Source of the DNA: an uncultured Chloroflexia bacterium
GTDB lineage: Bacteria > Chloroflexota > Anaerolineae > CG2-30-64-16
Direction: 5' to 3'
Length of the DNA stretch: 64,000 nt
Assembly: GCA_963774265.1 (NCBI GenBank)
Contig: CAVZDU010000002.1
Location: forward strand, 288,001 to 352,000
Shown here: positions 6,640 to 17,800 of the stretch, one piece after another
Numbering within the stretch: position 1 is the stretch's first letter
How the letters are laid out: the number at the start of each line of letters is the position of its first letter
The notes under the pieces: generated by a model
Seen by the model: only the letters and a program-made list of their open reading frames with translations
The model's database searches: none
Told to the model about the DNA's origin: nothing
Program-made: the position numbers and the translations under genes

Positions 6640-8234
6640 CAGCCTGTCGGAGAGTTGCCACTGTGGGACAGGCTGAATCGTGATACACTGGTCGCATGAC
6701 CAGAAAATTCAAGACGGTTGACTACGAAGCGGCTCTCGATCAGACGGTCAGTCTGCGAGAAGCGTTGCCGGCCAATCATCTGGCTCGGTTCGTGGTAGAG
6801 TTGGTGGCCCAGCTGGATTTAACCAACATCTACCAACGCTATGGAGCACACGGCGGCGAAGCCTATGCGCCGGAGATCCTGCTGGCGCTGTTGTTTTACG
6901 GCTACGCCACTGGCGTGTTCAGTTCCCGCAAGATCGAAAGGGCGACCTACGAGACGTTGCCTTTCCGGTTTGTAGCGGGCGGGCTGCATCCCGATCACGA
7001 CACGCTGGCGAACTTTCGCAAGACGTTTCGGGTCGAGATCAAAGAGCTGTTCGTGCAAGTGCTGTTTCTGGCCCAGGCTACTGGCTACTTCAAGCTTGGC
7101 AACATCAGCATGGATGGCTCCAAGGTGCATGCCAATGCTTCCAAGAGCAAGGCGATCAGCTTCAAACGGCTACTGGAACTGGAAGCCCACTTGCGGGCCG
7201 AAGTGGACCAGTTGTTCATCCTGGCTGAACAGGCGGACCGCCACGAACTGTCGGACGCCATGAATGTCGCCGACGAGATCACTTTACGACAGGAACGTCT
7301 TGAGCGGTTGGCCGAGGCCAAGAAGGTGCTGCAAGCCCGGGCGCAGGAGCGGCAGGCGGCCGAGCAGGCCGAGTACGAAGCCAAGCAACGTGAGCGCGCG
7401 GCCAAAGCCAAGCGCTCAGGACGCAAGCCGCCGGGACGGCCGCCAACGCCGCCGTCTGGCGAGCCGCAGGACAAGGACCCGTACAACTTCACCGACCCTG
7501 AGTCGCGCATCATGAAGTGTTCCAGCAGCGCCGGGTTTGAGCAAGCCTACAACGCCCAGGTGGCAGTAGACCAGGATAGCTTGTTGATCGTCGCCTATAG
7601 CTTGTCCAACCGCCCGAACGACAAAGCCGAGGCTGAACCAACTCTGGAAGCTCTGCCACCGGCCCTGGGCACGCCCGCAGCGGCGGCGCTGGACAACGGC
7701 TTCTGGAGCGAGAAGAATCTCGCTGCTCTGGAAAAGCGGCGCATCGAGCCTTACATCGCCACGGGCCGCGAGCCGCATCACAAGAGTTGGCAAGAGCGCT
7801 TCACCGCCGAGCCCGAGCCGCCAGCGGAGGATGCCAGCCCGCAGGTCAAGATGGCCTACAGGCTGCGTACTGAGATCGGCCAGGCGATCTACCGCTTACG
7901 CAAATGCACCGTCGAGCCGGTGATTGGCATCATCAAAGCGGTGCTCGGCTTCCGCCAGTTCTCGTTACGCGGCCTCAACGCCGCCGATAGCGAATGGGCC
8001 CTGGTCTGTTTGGCCTTTAACCTGAAGCGCATGCATACGTTGAGCTTGGCCTAACCGCGCCCAGTGCATGCTGGAGGCGGCTCGATGCAGCGCCGCCCGC
8101 CTGAGTTTGGGATGTTAAGGATCATTTTCGATACTCGCCTGCCGGAGACCGTCACTACCAGCCGCTAACGTTAGCCCTTTGGGCTTACCGTACCGGCTGT
8201 TAGCCAGCCAATAACGCTCCTCTCCGACAGGCTG
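6640..8234 (+). mobile_element. IS1182-family insertion sequence
   Basis: Perfect 15-bp terminal inverted repeats CAGCCTGTCGGAGAG (6640-6654) / CTCTCCGACAGGCTG (8220-8234), flanked by duplicated CTAG (6636-6639, 8235-8238). Confidence 0.9.
6696..8054 (+). CDS. IS1182-family DDE transposase
   Basis: N-terminal LP.NHLARFV...YGYATGVFSSRKIE..PDHDT (DUF772-like), DGSKVHANAS, TDPESRIM, YN.QVAVD, LDNG and RK.TVEPVIG.IK. Confidence 0.92.
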   Translation: MTRKFKTVDYEAALDQTVSLREALPANHLARFVVELVAQLDLTNIYQRYGAHGGEAYAPEILLALLFYGYATGVFSSRKIERATYETLPFRFVAGGLHPDHDTLANFRKTFRVEIKELFVQVLFLAQATGYFKLGNISMDGSKVHANASKSKAISFKRLLELEAHLRAEVDQLFILAEQADRHELSDAMNVADEITLRQERLERLAEAKKVLQARAQERQAAEQAEYEAKQRERAAKAKRSGRKPPGRPPTPPSGEPQDKDPYNFTDPESRIMKCSSSAGFEQAYNAQVAVDQDSLLIVAYSLSNRPNDKAEAEPTLEALPPALGTPAAAALDNGFWSEKNLAALEKRRIEPYIATGREPHHKSWQERFTAEPEPPAEDASPQVKMAYRLRTEIGQAIYRLRKCTVEPVIGIIKAVLGFRQFSLRGLNAADSEWALVCLAFNLKRMHTLSLA

Positions 8235-8239
8235 CTAGG

Positions 8240-8491
8240 CTAAGCCCCGCCAGCAGATGGGTCGCAGCAACAGCAGCCCTTGCGTCCAAACAGGAAGTAC
8301 GCGATCGGCCCCGCAAAGTTCACAAACGAGATCAGCGTCCAAAGCCGCCGGTCGCCCCTGATTTCGTCCGCAGGCCGGCGCCACATATCCCACAGCGCCG
8401 CGACCAACAGCGTGATCTGCAAGACCGCCCCCAGCTGGATTGCTTTCTGTTGCCCAGTTGTGAAGTCGCTCCACTTTTTCTGCTGCATCAT
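8240..8491 (-). CDS. Small membrane protein with PLD-nuclease N-terminal (PLDc_N)-like domain and Cys-rich tail
   Basis: KKWSD...ALWDM.RRP..EIRG.R.LW......GPIAYFLFGRK, then CCCC. AGGAGG RBS before ATG 8491. Confidence 0.75.
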   Translation of the reverse strand: MMQQKKWSDFTTGQQKAIQLGAVLQITLLVAALWDMWRRPADEIRGDRRLWTLISFVNFAGPIAYFLFGRKGCCCCDPSAGGA

Positions 8492-8620
8492 GGTTGCCCT
8501 CCTGACGGTTGGGTCCGGCCCCATATGGCCGGCCGGGTAAAGGTGTTCGATGTTCTGAATTCGTTTGCCACCGGCATCCATCATACACCTTCACGCCTTC
8601 GCCGTCTATCCCCCTTAGCG

Positions 8621-10160
8621 CTTGCGGTACCCCACTTTGTAATGCCAGCTAGTTGAATAGATCGACAGCTTCGGGCATCTTGTGTTATTCCACAAACCCA
8701 AGTATCCGGAGCTGTCGATGACCTTAACATATGCTGATGTGTTGACATTTGTCCAGCATCTCACACCCACGTGGGTCAAGCCGCAGCAGAGCATGCTGGC
8801 GCAGATCGTGAGTGCGTTGACGGAACGTCCGAGCTTCTGTGCGACCGAGGTGGCGCGTGCGCTGCCCGACGGACCGCGTGCGCAGGGCCGCCAGTCGTTG
8901 CATGGTCGGCTCAAACGGCTGAACCGCTTTCTGAGCAATCCACGCCTGGATGAGCCCGAGATCTTCTATCGGTGGTACCGCTTAGCCGTCCACTTTAGCA
9001 CCGCGGTGCCGACGGACCCGCAACTATTGCCCGTCTTACTCGACACGACGTATTTCGAGCCCTTTGCGGCCCTGATTGCCAGCGTGCCCTGTGGCGGCCG
9101 CGCCTTGCCCATCGTGTTCACCACCTATCATCGCCGCCAACTCCGGGCCTGTTTCCCCCCGGCCGCCCGCTGGCCCACGCCCGATACGACCAGCATCCGG
9201 CCCGCACGACGGCAGCACCAACCGCTGCAAGCGGCGAGCGCCGAGGTGCACCACTGGACCAGTCAAAACCATATCGAGGAACACCTGCTCCATTACCTGG
9301 GGTCCTTGGCCACCCCCAGCCAGCAAATCGTGATCGTGGCGGATCGCGGGTTTGCGCGCGCCAGTCTTTTCCGCTGGTTTCTGACCCACCAGCGCCAGTT
9401 TGTGATTCGGTTCGACGGCGAAACCTGGCTGCACCTGCCCGACGGGACGGCCGGCGCGGCCAAGGACGTGTTGGCCCTGCAACCCGGCCAACGGCGCTGG
9501 CTGCCGCAGGCTCAGTACGGCAAAGACGACCCAGTGCCCGTGGCGGTCCTGGCGCTCTGGGAAGTCGGTCACAAGGAACCCTGGTATCTGGCTACCCATC
9601 TACCGTCTGAACCCGCCACCGAAACCTGTTATCGCTGGCGTATGCGCATTGAAGCCGGTAACCGCGACGACAAATCCGGCGTCATGCTCCGCGAAAGCGG
9701 CGATGAACACCGCCTTAAGTCACCCTTACATGTGCACAGCTTGCTCCTGGCCAACCTGTGCCTGCACTGGCTCGCCGCACTCACGGGCCTCCAGGCCCAT
9801 CATGACTTGGCGCAACCGCACGCGATCGCCCCCGCCCTCGAAGCGGCACCCCCGGATACACCGGATGCCGACTTGCTGGCCCATGGCCCCGCCCAGCCGC
9901 CCCCAGTCATCCCCCATCGCGGCCCACAACCCCACCTCCCCCACTGGATGCGCCGCTTTGCCGCACGCGGCTGGCTCAGCTATGTGCGCCTCGGCCTCGA
10001 AATCCTGCGCGCCCCCGCCTGGTCGACACTCGTCCGCCGCGCCGTCCACTGGCTCGGCGTCTATCTCTGGACCACAACCCCGCTCTGGCGCCCATGGCAG
10101 CGTCGCTACCGCCTCAAACACTGGTGGCCCCTACCAAGCTAGAAAGTGGGGTACCGCAAG
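8621..10160 (+). mobile_element. IS4-like insertion sequence
   Basis: Perfect 18-bp TIR CTTGCGGTACCCCACTTT (8621-8638) / AAAGTGGGGTACCGCAAG (10143-10160). 9-bp target duplication CCCTTAGCG (8612-8620, 10161-10169). Confidence 0.9.
8682..10142 (+). CDS. IS4-family DDE transposase
   Basis: LLDTT (D), IVADRGF (D), EPWYLAT and the Y.WRMRIE..NRD.K signature (YREK-like). Confidence 0.85.
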   Translation: MLFHKPKYPELSMTLTYADVLTFVQHLTPTWVKPQQSMLAQIVSALTERPSFCATEVARALPDGPRAQGRQSLHGRLKRLNRFLSNPRLDEPEIFYRWYRLAVHFSTAVPTDPQLLPVLLDTTYFEPFAALIASVPCGGRALPIVFTTYHRRQLRACFPPAARWPTPDTTSIRPARRQHQPLQAASAEVHHWTSQNHIEEHLLHYLGSLATPSQQIVIVADRGFARASLFRWFLTHQRQFVIRFDGETWLHLPDGTAGAAKDVLALQPGQRRWLPQAQYGKDDPVPVAVLALWEVGHKEPWYLATHLPSEPATETCYRWRMRIEAGNRDDKSGVMLRESGDEHRLKSPLHVHSLLLANLCLHWLAALTGLQAHHDLAQPHAIAPALEAAPPDTPDADLLAHGPAQPPPVIPHRGPQPHLPHWMRRFAARGWLSYVRLGLEILRAPAWSTLVRRAVHWLGVYLWTTTPLWRPWQRRYRLKHWWPLPS

Positions 10161-10362
10161 CCCTTAGCGGCATCGCCGGCGATGCTTACCCCCCGCCTCC
10201 TGCAGCCGATCCAGCGGCGGCCCGTTACCGCGCGCCGCCACTTGCCGCCGTGCCCGTCCTCCCCGATAATCCCATCATCGTCCATTGTCGCCGCTCATCG
10301 CCACCGGAGTCCCACCGCCCATGCAGCAGACCGAACTCGCCGCCCGCGACTATCGCGTCCTC

Positions 10363-10776
10363 TCAGCCTTCGCCGCCGGCCGCAGCCTGAACCCGATCGC
10401 GGCGGACGCCGGTCCGGGCTGGCATTCCCCGGCGCCGGGCGTTCGAGTCGCCGGACGGGCCGCGCTGCCAGACCGGCCGATCAAACGTGCCGAGAACCAC
10501 ATAAACGTTGCCGGCGACTTGAGGCGCGTGGTTTGCGAAGAATATGGTTAGCTGATCTTCCAACTCGTCTCGATGGACGATCAGCAGATCGCATCCGGTG
10601 CAATAACGGCAGGTCCTGTTCAGGACCAACGGATTCATGGGGTCAACGTGAACTATAAGCGGCACCTTGCGCACGCGTCGTACGGCGCGACAGCGCGGGC
10701 ATACTGTGAACCGGACATCCTGATATGGATTGACAAAGAAACTGTAGCGGGCTGGCTGCTTGCCGAGCTGTGTCAT
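10363..10776 (-). CDS. Conserved hypothetical Cys-motif protein (C-terminus possibly disrupted)
   Basis: RYSFFVNPY.DVRFT.CP.C...CRYC..CDLLI pattern. GGAG RBS. Confidence 0.6.
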   Translation of the reverse strand: MTQLGKQPARYSFFVNPYQDVRFTVCPRCRAVRRVRKVPLIVHVDPMNPLVLNRTCRYCTGCDLLIVHRDELEDQLTIFFANHAPQVAGNVYVVLGTFDRPVWQRGPSGDSNARRRGMPARTGVRRDRVQAAAGGEG

Positions 10777-10830
10777 GGCTGTACTCCGTCGTGATGAACG
10801 ATTACCAAGGCGCACCCTCCCGGACGGCCA

Positions 10831-11295
10831 CTAAAACGTTGACGCCACCGCCAAATGGAACCCGCCTGCCGTCTCCGTAATTTCGAAGTTGATGATCCGC
10901 CTGGTGTTGTCTGCAAACAGGGCCTGTTTGCGCGCGACCAGCGCGTTCACGATCTCCTTGGCGTCCGCTCTCACCGGTCCCGCGTCTGCCGGAACGCTTG
11001 CGTTCACGATCCCATCAATCATCTGCTCTCGCTCGCCAGGTGGTAGCAAGGCCGCGTTCCAGGCGAGCGCCGCCAGTGTGAACAGCGTGCGGTGGTCGGC
11101 TGCTGTCTCAGCCAATTCAAGATACGGGTCCACAAACTGCTCCAGGACATCGGACATCTTGACCTGACCTTTGGGTTCGATGACGAACTGCGTCGCTTGC
11201 AACGGCCCCTGAGCCACCTTGTGCTTGAGACGCTCCATCCCCAACTGGCGCTGTTTCTGTTTGCTCTTGTGCCGCTTGGATTTCGAATTCGCCAT
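10831..11295 (-). CDS. Conserved hypothetical protein
   Basis: Basic N-terminus, KMSDVL..F..PY, A.LAWNAALLP and RK..LF.DN.R.I. GAGGAGG RBS. Confidence 0.7.
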   Translation of the reverse strand: MANSKSKRHKSKQKQRQLGMERLKHKVAQGPLQATQFVIEPKGQVKMSDVLEQFVDPYLELAETAADHRTLFTLAALAWNAALLPPGEREQMIDGIVNASVPADAGPVRADAKEIVNALVARKQALFADNTRRIINFEITETAGGFHLAVASTF

Positions 11296-11380
11296 TCGCT
11301 CTCCTCCTCGCAGATTGTCGCTCATCAAAACAATTGAGGCCATTTTACCACGCATCGGCAGACTAATGATCTGCTCGGGG

Positions 11381-13888
11381 TCAGCGTGACCGATTGGGGA
11401 CATCAGTCACCTCGGCCGTTTGCATGGGCCAGACAATGCTAAAGCCAGCGCATAGGGTGGTCATGGGCAAGTTGGCGACGTCATAGCCGGCCAGCTGCAG
11501 CGGCGACTTGCCGCGGATGCGGGGCTGGGCGTCTTGCGAGAAGGGGGTGAAGCGGTAGATCTTCTCGAAGACGGCCAGGTAGCGTTGCGCATCGGTGAGC
11601 GACTCGAAGCCGCAGAAGTTTTGGTAGTGTTGGTCGAAGCGGCGAATCACCAGTTCCACGGTATTGTTGGTGGCCGGGATCAGGCTGGAGTCAATGCTGT
11701 TGGCGAGCTTGGGCCAATGGCGCTCCAAGAAATCGAAGATCGCGGCCGCCTCGGGGCGGGCTTGGACATAGTCTGGGCGTAAGGCGAGCACGGCCGTGTA
11801 GCGTTGGGTAGCCAGGGTCAGGGTTGTGGCGGCGAAGATGGTGTAGATTTGCTGCTTGAGTTGCTCAGCTTCGGGGTGCTGGTCCGCATAGTCCGGGCCA
11901 TAGACCGCCTTGATATGTTTTTGGGCATCTTGCAGCGCATGGAAAAGACACAGGTGATGCACAGCCTGTGGGAAGACCTGGGCAATGACCGGGCCGTAGT
12001 CCTGGCGCAGGTCGGTGACGATCACTTGCGGGTGGTAACCCTTGGCGCGCAACGCCAGCAGGAAGGCCTGGGCGCTGTCGTCATTGTTGTAGGCGTACAT
12101 GGCGATGTGCAAGAGATCATAGGTCCACACGTCCACGGCCAGGTAGACATACATCCAGCGTCGCATCTCGCCCGCCGGCTTGTCGTTCTTGGGTACCAAG
12201 ACGTACTTCTCGTCCACGCCTACCACCCCGCTCGACTTCACCACGCCAAACACGGCCGCCACCGGCAACAAGTCATCACCCCAGGCGCTCACCCAGCGCC
12301 AGGCGGTCAGACTGGCCACGCCGAGCGCGGTACCTGTGCGCCGGTAGGTCGAGTAGCCCCAGGCGTACATCTGGATCGCCAGCAGGTGGACTTCCGTGCG
12401 GTAACGGGAGTAAGGCACCAGCCCGCGCGGCAGGTTGGTAAAGCTGCCCTTGTCACACTGCGGGTTGCGGCAGTAGTACCGATAGACGGCTAGCTCACGC
12501 AACTGGTGGGTCTCGTCGTAGTACTGCTTCAGGCGCGGCGTCGCGCTCTTGCGCCCAACCTGGTCGGAGCCACAAGTAGGGACAGCGCACCTGGCCGTCC
12601 GTGAGCAGCTCCCAGGAGCCGAACAGCGCCTGCTCCACCCGCAGGAGCCAGGGCTAGCGCCTTGCCCGGTGGTGCGGCAGGCACTCCGGCTTCAGCCGTC
12701 AACGCCATCACGTCAGCCAGCGGCAGGCGCACTTCCGCCGGCGCACCGCCTCCGCTTTCCCAACGGGCCAGCAGATCTCGGATCTGCGTCAGCAACTGCC
12801 CCACCAACCACTCGTCACGCAGCCGCAGCGCGCTAGCGCCTCAGCTCATAGCGTTCGTCCAGGGTCTGCCGCAGCCGCTGCCAGCCGCTTTGGACGGCAG
12901 CTTGCGCCACCTGCGCCGCAGTCACGGGCACACCCTGCTGGCGCAGATAGTGGTACACCCGTTCTTGACTCCAGGTCGGGAAGCTGGCGAACACCTCCAC
13001 GATCCGACCAACCAGTTCGACAGTCAGCACTTCCGCACTACACAGGCTCAGCAGATTGGCCCAGTCCCGGCCAACCAGTAGCGCTGCCAGCGACTGATGT
13101 CAGGGTGCGGGACGCCGAACCACGCCGCCAGTTGCATCTCCCGCACGAATGGCGTGCGCCCATCCCGCGTGCGCCGGCCGCCCCGTTGCGGCCCCGGCAC
13201 CATCCAGCAAACCCAAGAACAGGATCAGCAAGCGCATCCGGAACGGATGGTCAGCCAGCGACGGCCAGCGTAAAGTGCCCGCACAGCGTGGCCTGGTAGC
13301 TGCCATCCGCCTGGCGCTCGACCTGTACCCAGGGCTCTTCCCGCTCACAGACCACGCAGCCCACCCCCAGACCCCACGCCGTCCTGGCGCCCAGCAGGCT
13401 GGACCACTGCCAGCCCAACAGCAGATACCCGACCAGTAACAGCCGCTGGGCCTGCCACAGCCCCAGTCTGCACACCCCGCCAGAGCGCCCGGGTGCGCCA
13501 ACTCGGCCAGCCAACGCCCAAACCCTGCCATAGCCACAAACACCCACGGCAGCAGCCGCAGCCCAGCGCGGCCCCCAGCGCCCACTCCACTCCCATAAGC
13601 CCCATAACAACAGGCTGCGCAGCAGCACAGGCGGCCAACTCGCCAGCAGATAGCGCCCCAGCGCAGCCAAGTCGCACCCCACCCCGGCGCCGCGGCGACC
13701 CACCGCCGCTCGCCCGGTGGCACGGCCCGCACCTGCCCCGCCGCCACGGCCGGCGGCACCACCCACCACCCCGCCACCTCGCCCGGCGTTTGCCCCAGCA
13801 GCACCAGCCCGAGCAGGCTCAGCACCGCCAAGCCATGCAACACGACCCACGCCGGTTGATAAACCCAGTGCCTTGTGGTACCTTGCAT
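11381..13888 (-). CDS. Large (~835 aa, frameshift-corrected) DDE transposase with Trp-rich hydrophobic N-terminal region, HTH-like segments, Zn finger and CxxH insertion
   Basis: C-terminal VGVDEKY...YVYLAVD, IVTDL, LCLFH and [15 protein letters not shown]...YYC.NP.C zinc ribbon. The upstream ORF pieces (13100-13924, 13251-13850, 12833-13030, 12529-12807) join through several indels. Confidence 0.7.
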
Positions 13889-13989
13889 CGGAGCCAACCT
13901 TTCCGGTGGTTCTGTTTTCTGCAAGGTACAGTATGTACCATGTATCGGCGGGTTGGCTTAACCTTCTCTTGTCCCCAGCGTGTTACGCT
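11383..13989 (-). mobile_element. Unclassified 2.6-kb insertion sequence
   Basis: Imperfect 20-bp TIRs AGCGTGACCGATTGGGGACA (11383-11402) vs AGCGTAACACGCTGGGGACA (reverse complement of 13970-13989), 15/20 identical. Flanks CTCGGGGTC (11374-11382) and CTCGGGTC (13990-13997) differ only by one G in a homopolymer, giving a ~8-bp target duplication. Confidence 0.75.
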
Positions 13990-14046
13990 CTCGGGTCTGA
14001 ATCGCCAGCCACATGCGCCATGCACCGGATCGCTTCCACCTTTCGC

Positions 14047-14072
14047 GCAACCTCCCCGTCCCTCGTTCGTAC
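14047..14072 (+). promoter_or_regulatory. Putative ECF-sigma promoter
   Basis: GCAAC-N16-CGTAC upstream of the ABC operon. Confidence 0.35.
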
Positions 14073-14115
14073 TAGAAGTAGTACATTCTCCACCCAGAAA
14101 CACGGAGGACATCTC

Positions 14116-14817
14116 ATGATCATCGAGGCGCACGGAGTACACAAAACATATCGCAGCGGCAGGTTGGAAGTGCACGCGCTGCGAGGGGTCGACTTCGGCG
14201 TCGAACCGGGCGAGATGGTCGCCGTGATGGGGCCGTCGGGCTGCGGCAAGACCACCCTGCTCAACTGCCTGTCGGGGCTCGACGAGTTCGACAGCGGCGA
14301 GGTGCATATCGAGGGCGCGGACCTGCGCCAGATGAACGACCGGCGCCGCACCGACTACCGCGGCCGGCGCATGGGCTTCATCTTCCAGACCTTCAACCTG
14401 TTGCCGGTTCTCACCGCGGTGGAGAACGTCGAGCTGCCGCTCCTGGTCAGCGGCGTGCGGGCCGCCGAAGCGCGGCGCCGCGCCGTGGCAGCGCTCGAAG
14501 GCGTGGGCCTGGGCGAACGGATCCACCACCGGCCGGCCGAGCTCTCGGGCGGACAGCGCCAGCGCGTCTCCATCGCCCGCGCGCTCGTCAACGGTCCCGC
14601 TATCGTCTGGGCGGATGAGCCGACGGGCAACCTCGACAGCAAGACGACCACCGACGTGATGAGTCTCATCCAGCAGCTCAATACCGAGCAGCAGCAGACT
14701 TTCGTGATCGTCACCCACGATGCCGACATCGGCGCGCTGTGCAACCGTATCGTGCGCATGAACGACGGCGAGATCATCGACCAGGGTCTAAAGCCGCCGC
14801 CGGAGGAGACCACATGA
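14116..14817 (+). CDS. ABC transporter ATP-binding protein (LolD/MacB type)
   Basis: [28 protein letters not shown] and VTHD. Confidence 0.93.
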   Translation: MIIEAHGVHKTYRSGRLEVHALRGVDFGVEPGEMVAVMGPSGCGKTTLLNCLSGLDEFDSGEVHIEGADLRQMNDRRRTDYRGRRMGFIFQTFNLLPVLTAVENVELPLLVSGVRAAEARRRAVAALEGVGLGERIHHRPAELSGGQRQRVSIARALVNGPAIVWADEPTGNLDSKTTTDVMSLIQQLNTEQQQTFVIVTHDADIGALCNRIVRMNDGEIIDQGLKPPPEETT

Positions 14818-17800
14818 ACGCACCACAAGCTATTCCTACCAACGTGATGGTCGCCCTGGGCCTGCTGATCGCCGTGGTCGCGATCTTGCTCTTCCTCTTC
14901 CTCGCCGGGCTCCGGCAGCCAGTCATGGCGAAGCTGGGGATGCGCAGCATTCCCCGGCGTCCCACCCAGTCCATCCTCATCGTGTTCGGACTCACCCTGA
15001 GCACCATCATCATCGTCAGTGCGCTCGCCATTGGCGACACCCTCAACAACTCCGTCCAGTGGCATGCGATCAAATCGTACGGCAAGATCGACGAGATCGT
15101 CGCGCCGCCGCTGCTTGCTACCTTCGCGCAGTTGGCCGGCGGCGAAGACAGCACGTTCGGCAGCCAGGAAACTGGCGAGCCGGCCAGCGCGGCCGGGGCT
15201 CTGGCTGCGCAACTGGGGCAGGAGAATGCCGGGCTTGCCAACGTGCTGCGACTCCTCGACCAGGGCCTGCCGGGCATCGACTACGCGGCCTATGAACAAC
15301 TGCGCGACCGGGTGCAGCAGGAACCCCTGGCCGACGGCGTCGCGGCGTCGATCGTGTTCCCCACGATCATCCGCAACACGACGACGGGCCAGGGCGAGCC
15401 GCTCGGCTTCATCATGGCAGTGGACGACGAGTACACCCGTGGCTTCGGGCTGCACTCTGTCGACGGCCAGACGGTGACGATGGAACGCCTGCGACCGGGC
15501 GTGGGCAACATCTTCGTGCTCGCCGGCCGGGTGTTTGGCTGGGCCGGCCAGGCCGGCAGCCAGTTGGGTTTCGGCGACCTGAAGCTGTCCGATGTGGCGA
15601 CCGCTCTCACCGGTGCCGGGACGTCGCTGTCTGGCTCGGACGGCGCCAGCCAGCCGGGCACCACCGCTCGGTCACGAGCCGCGCCTCACCGGCACCTTCT
15701 CCCTGGCCAACCTGAATCTGGGCACGCTCAGTGGCGAGATCGACCGGGTGTTGGGCCAGGCCGGGCTGCAGCTGCGGGAGGGTGAGGTGTACCTGAGTCG
15801 GCTCGGCGCCGAACGGCTGGACGCGCGGCCCGGCGACCGCCTCGAGGTCTTCCTCGGCCCGATAGCGCTCCCCTACCGCGTCGTCGGCATCGTTGACGAG
15901 GCCGGTCCGCTTTCCGCACTCGCACCCGTCGTGATGATGCGGCTCGACGAGGCGCAGCAGTTGCTCTTCATGCAGGGGCGCATCAACAACGTCCTGGTGT
16001 CCAACCTCGGCGACGCGACGGGCGGCTTGCAGCACTACTGCAGCCATGACGGAGCGGCTGCGCGTCCTGGCCCTCGACGACGAGGTTGTCGAGCAAATCG
16101 CGGGTTATCTGCGCGCTCCCGAGGTCCGTCCGATCCTCGAAGACGCGATTGCGAAACGGGCTGCGCCCGGGGGGACTGCCGGGACGACGCAGGTCGTCAT
16201 GCCCACGAGTGGCCTTGCCGGTGCGCTGTTCGGCTCGCTGATCCCGCAGGACCGATTCCCCCAACACCTGGCTGACTTGCAAGCCGGTCTGGACGAGGCC
16301 GACAGCGGCAGGGTCAGGGAGGCGCTGGCCGACGCCGGGGTGCGCGGCTGGCTGCGCGAATTGCCCATGCCGGAAGCGGAGCGCGTGCAATGGCAAGGGT
16401 GGCTGGATACAGTAAGCCCGATGGAGGTGCTCGAGGTGTTGAACAAGGCCACGGTGGTCTCGGTTTCGGACGTGGCCGGCACGGTCTTCTCCTCGATCTT
16501 CACAATCTTCGGCATCTTCTCCATCCTGGCCGGCGTGCTGCTGATCTTCCTGATCTTCGTCATGCTGGCCGCCGAGCGGCGTTCCGAACTGGGGGTGGCA
16601 CGGGCCATCGGCGTGCAGCGCCGGCATCTGGTGCAGACCTTTGTCACCGAAGGAATGCTCTACGACGTGGTGGCCGCGGCTCTGGGCCTGGCGCTGGGCC
16701 TGTTGGTGTCCTTCGGCATGGTGGGCTTCGTCGGCGGGCTGTTCAACACCGTCAGCGGGACGGTGACGGGCCGGCCGGCCAACATCTTCGAATTTCGCTT
16801 CAACGTCGCGACCACGTCGCTCGTCATCGGCTACTGTCTGGGCGTGCTGTTCACCTTCCTCGTTGTGGTGATCTCTTCGTGGCGGGTCAGCCGCCTTAAC
16901 ATCGTGACAGCCATCCGAGACCTGCCCGACGAGGCGCAGGCGCGCACCTTGGGCAGCGGCACGCGGGTATGGCGCTGGGCTGCCGGGCTGCTCTGGTTGG
17001 CTGCCGGCGCCCTGCTCTACGTCTCGTCCGGACGGAACGATCGCACGATCGCGCTGCTCTGCGTGACGCTGGCCTTGGCCGGACTGACCACGCTGCTGGC
17101 GCGCGTCCTCGAACGGACGAGCGTGCGGCCGGAGCGCGTCACCTGGGCGCGGTACACGCTGCTGGGGCTCGGGCTGATTGTGACCTGGGGAGTCCCGTGG
17201 AGCGACTTGTTGGGGCTGCCTTCGGGGGCTTCGCTGCTGGAGGCCAACCCGACCTATCTCCTCTCGTTCGTGTTGCGCCCCGCTTTCCTCATCCTGGGGA
17301 TGATCATGACGATCATATTCAATGCCGATGCGATCGCCTGGGTCGCGACCCGGCTCTTCGGCGGCGTCGGCTGGCTGGCACCGGTGCTCCGCACCGCGAT
17401 CGCCTACCCCCTCAGCACCCGCTTCCGCACGGGCATGGCAATGGTGATGTTCGCGATGATCGTCTGCACCGTCACCGTCATGGCCGTCGTGATCGAGGCG
17501 ACCCAGTCGCTGATCGTGCTCGACGAGAAGCAGAGCGCGGGCTTCCAGATCCAGACCAAATCTACCCTGCTCAGCTTCTTCGACCCGATCACGGACTTGC
17601 AGGACCGGATCGCGGCCCAGCGCCAGGCGCATCCGCTGCTGGAGCAGATCAGCGCGGTGGGCGGCGTGGCTACTCAGAATGTCGAGGCGCGCACGCCGGG
17701 CGCCGCCACATGGGGCCAGGCATCGCTCTCCGGGATCGACGCGGGCTATGTGGCACAGGCCCAAAAGGTCTATGCGCTGCAGGCGCGCGCGGCTGAGTAC

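Noticed and set aside
8055-8219. Non-coding right end of the IS1182 element, with palindrome GCTAACGTTAGC, as a guide-like RNA
   Set aside because: Short untranslated ends are common in this family, and there is no associated nuclease or other support.
10321-10420. Possible HTH gene start (MQQTELAARDYRVLSAFAAGRSL..IAADAG)
   Set aside because: Too short, and it runs into the opposite-strand gene; at most a remnant.
10436-10454. GGCGTTCGAGTCGCC resembling a tRNA T-arm (possible att remnant)
   Set aside because: Only a 4-bp stem, with no acceptor stem, CCA or anticodon arm.
13380-13860. A-poor coding strand in the large transposase N-terminus as another A-purged tract
   Set aside because: Adenines remain scattered throughout, and the bias is explained by Trp/Gly/Leu/Val-rich composition.
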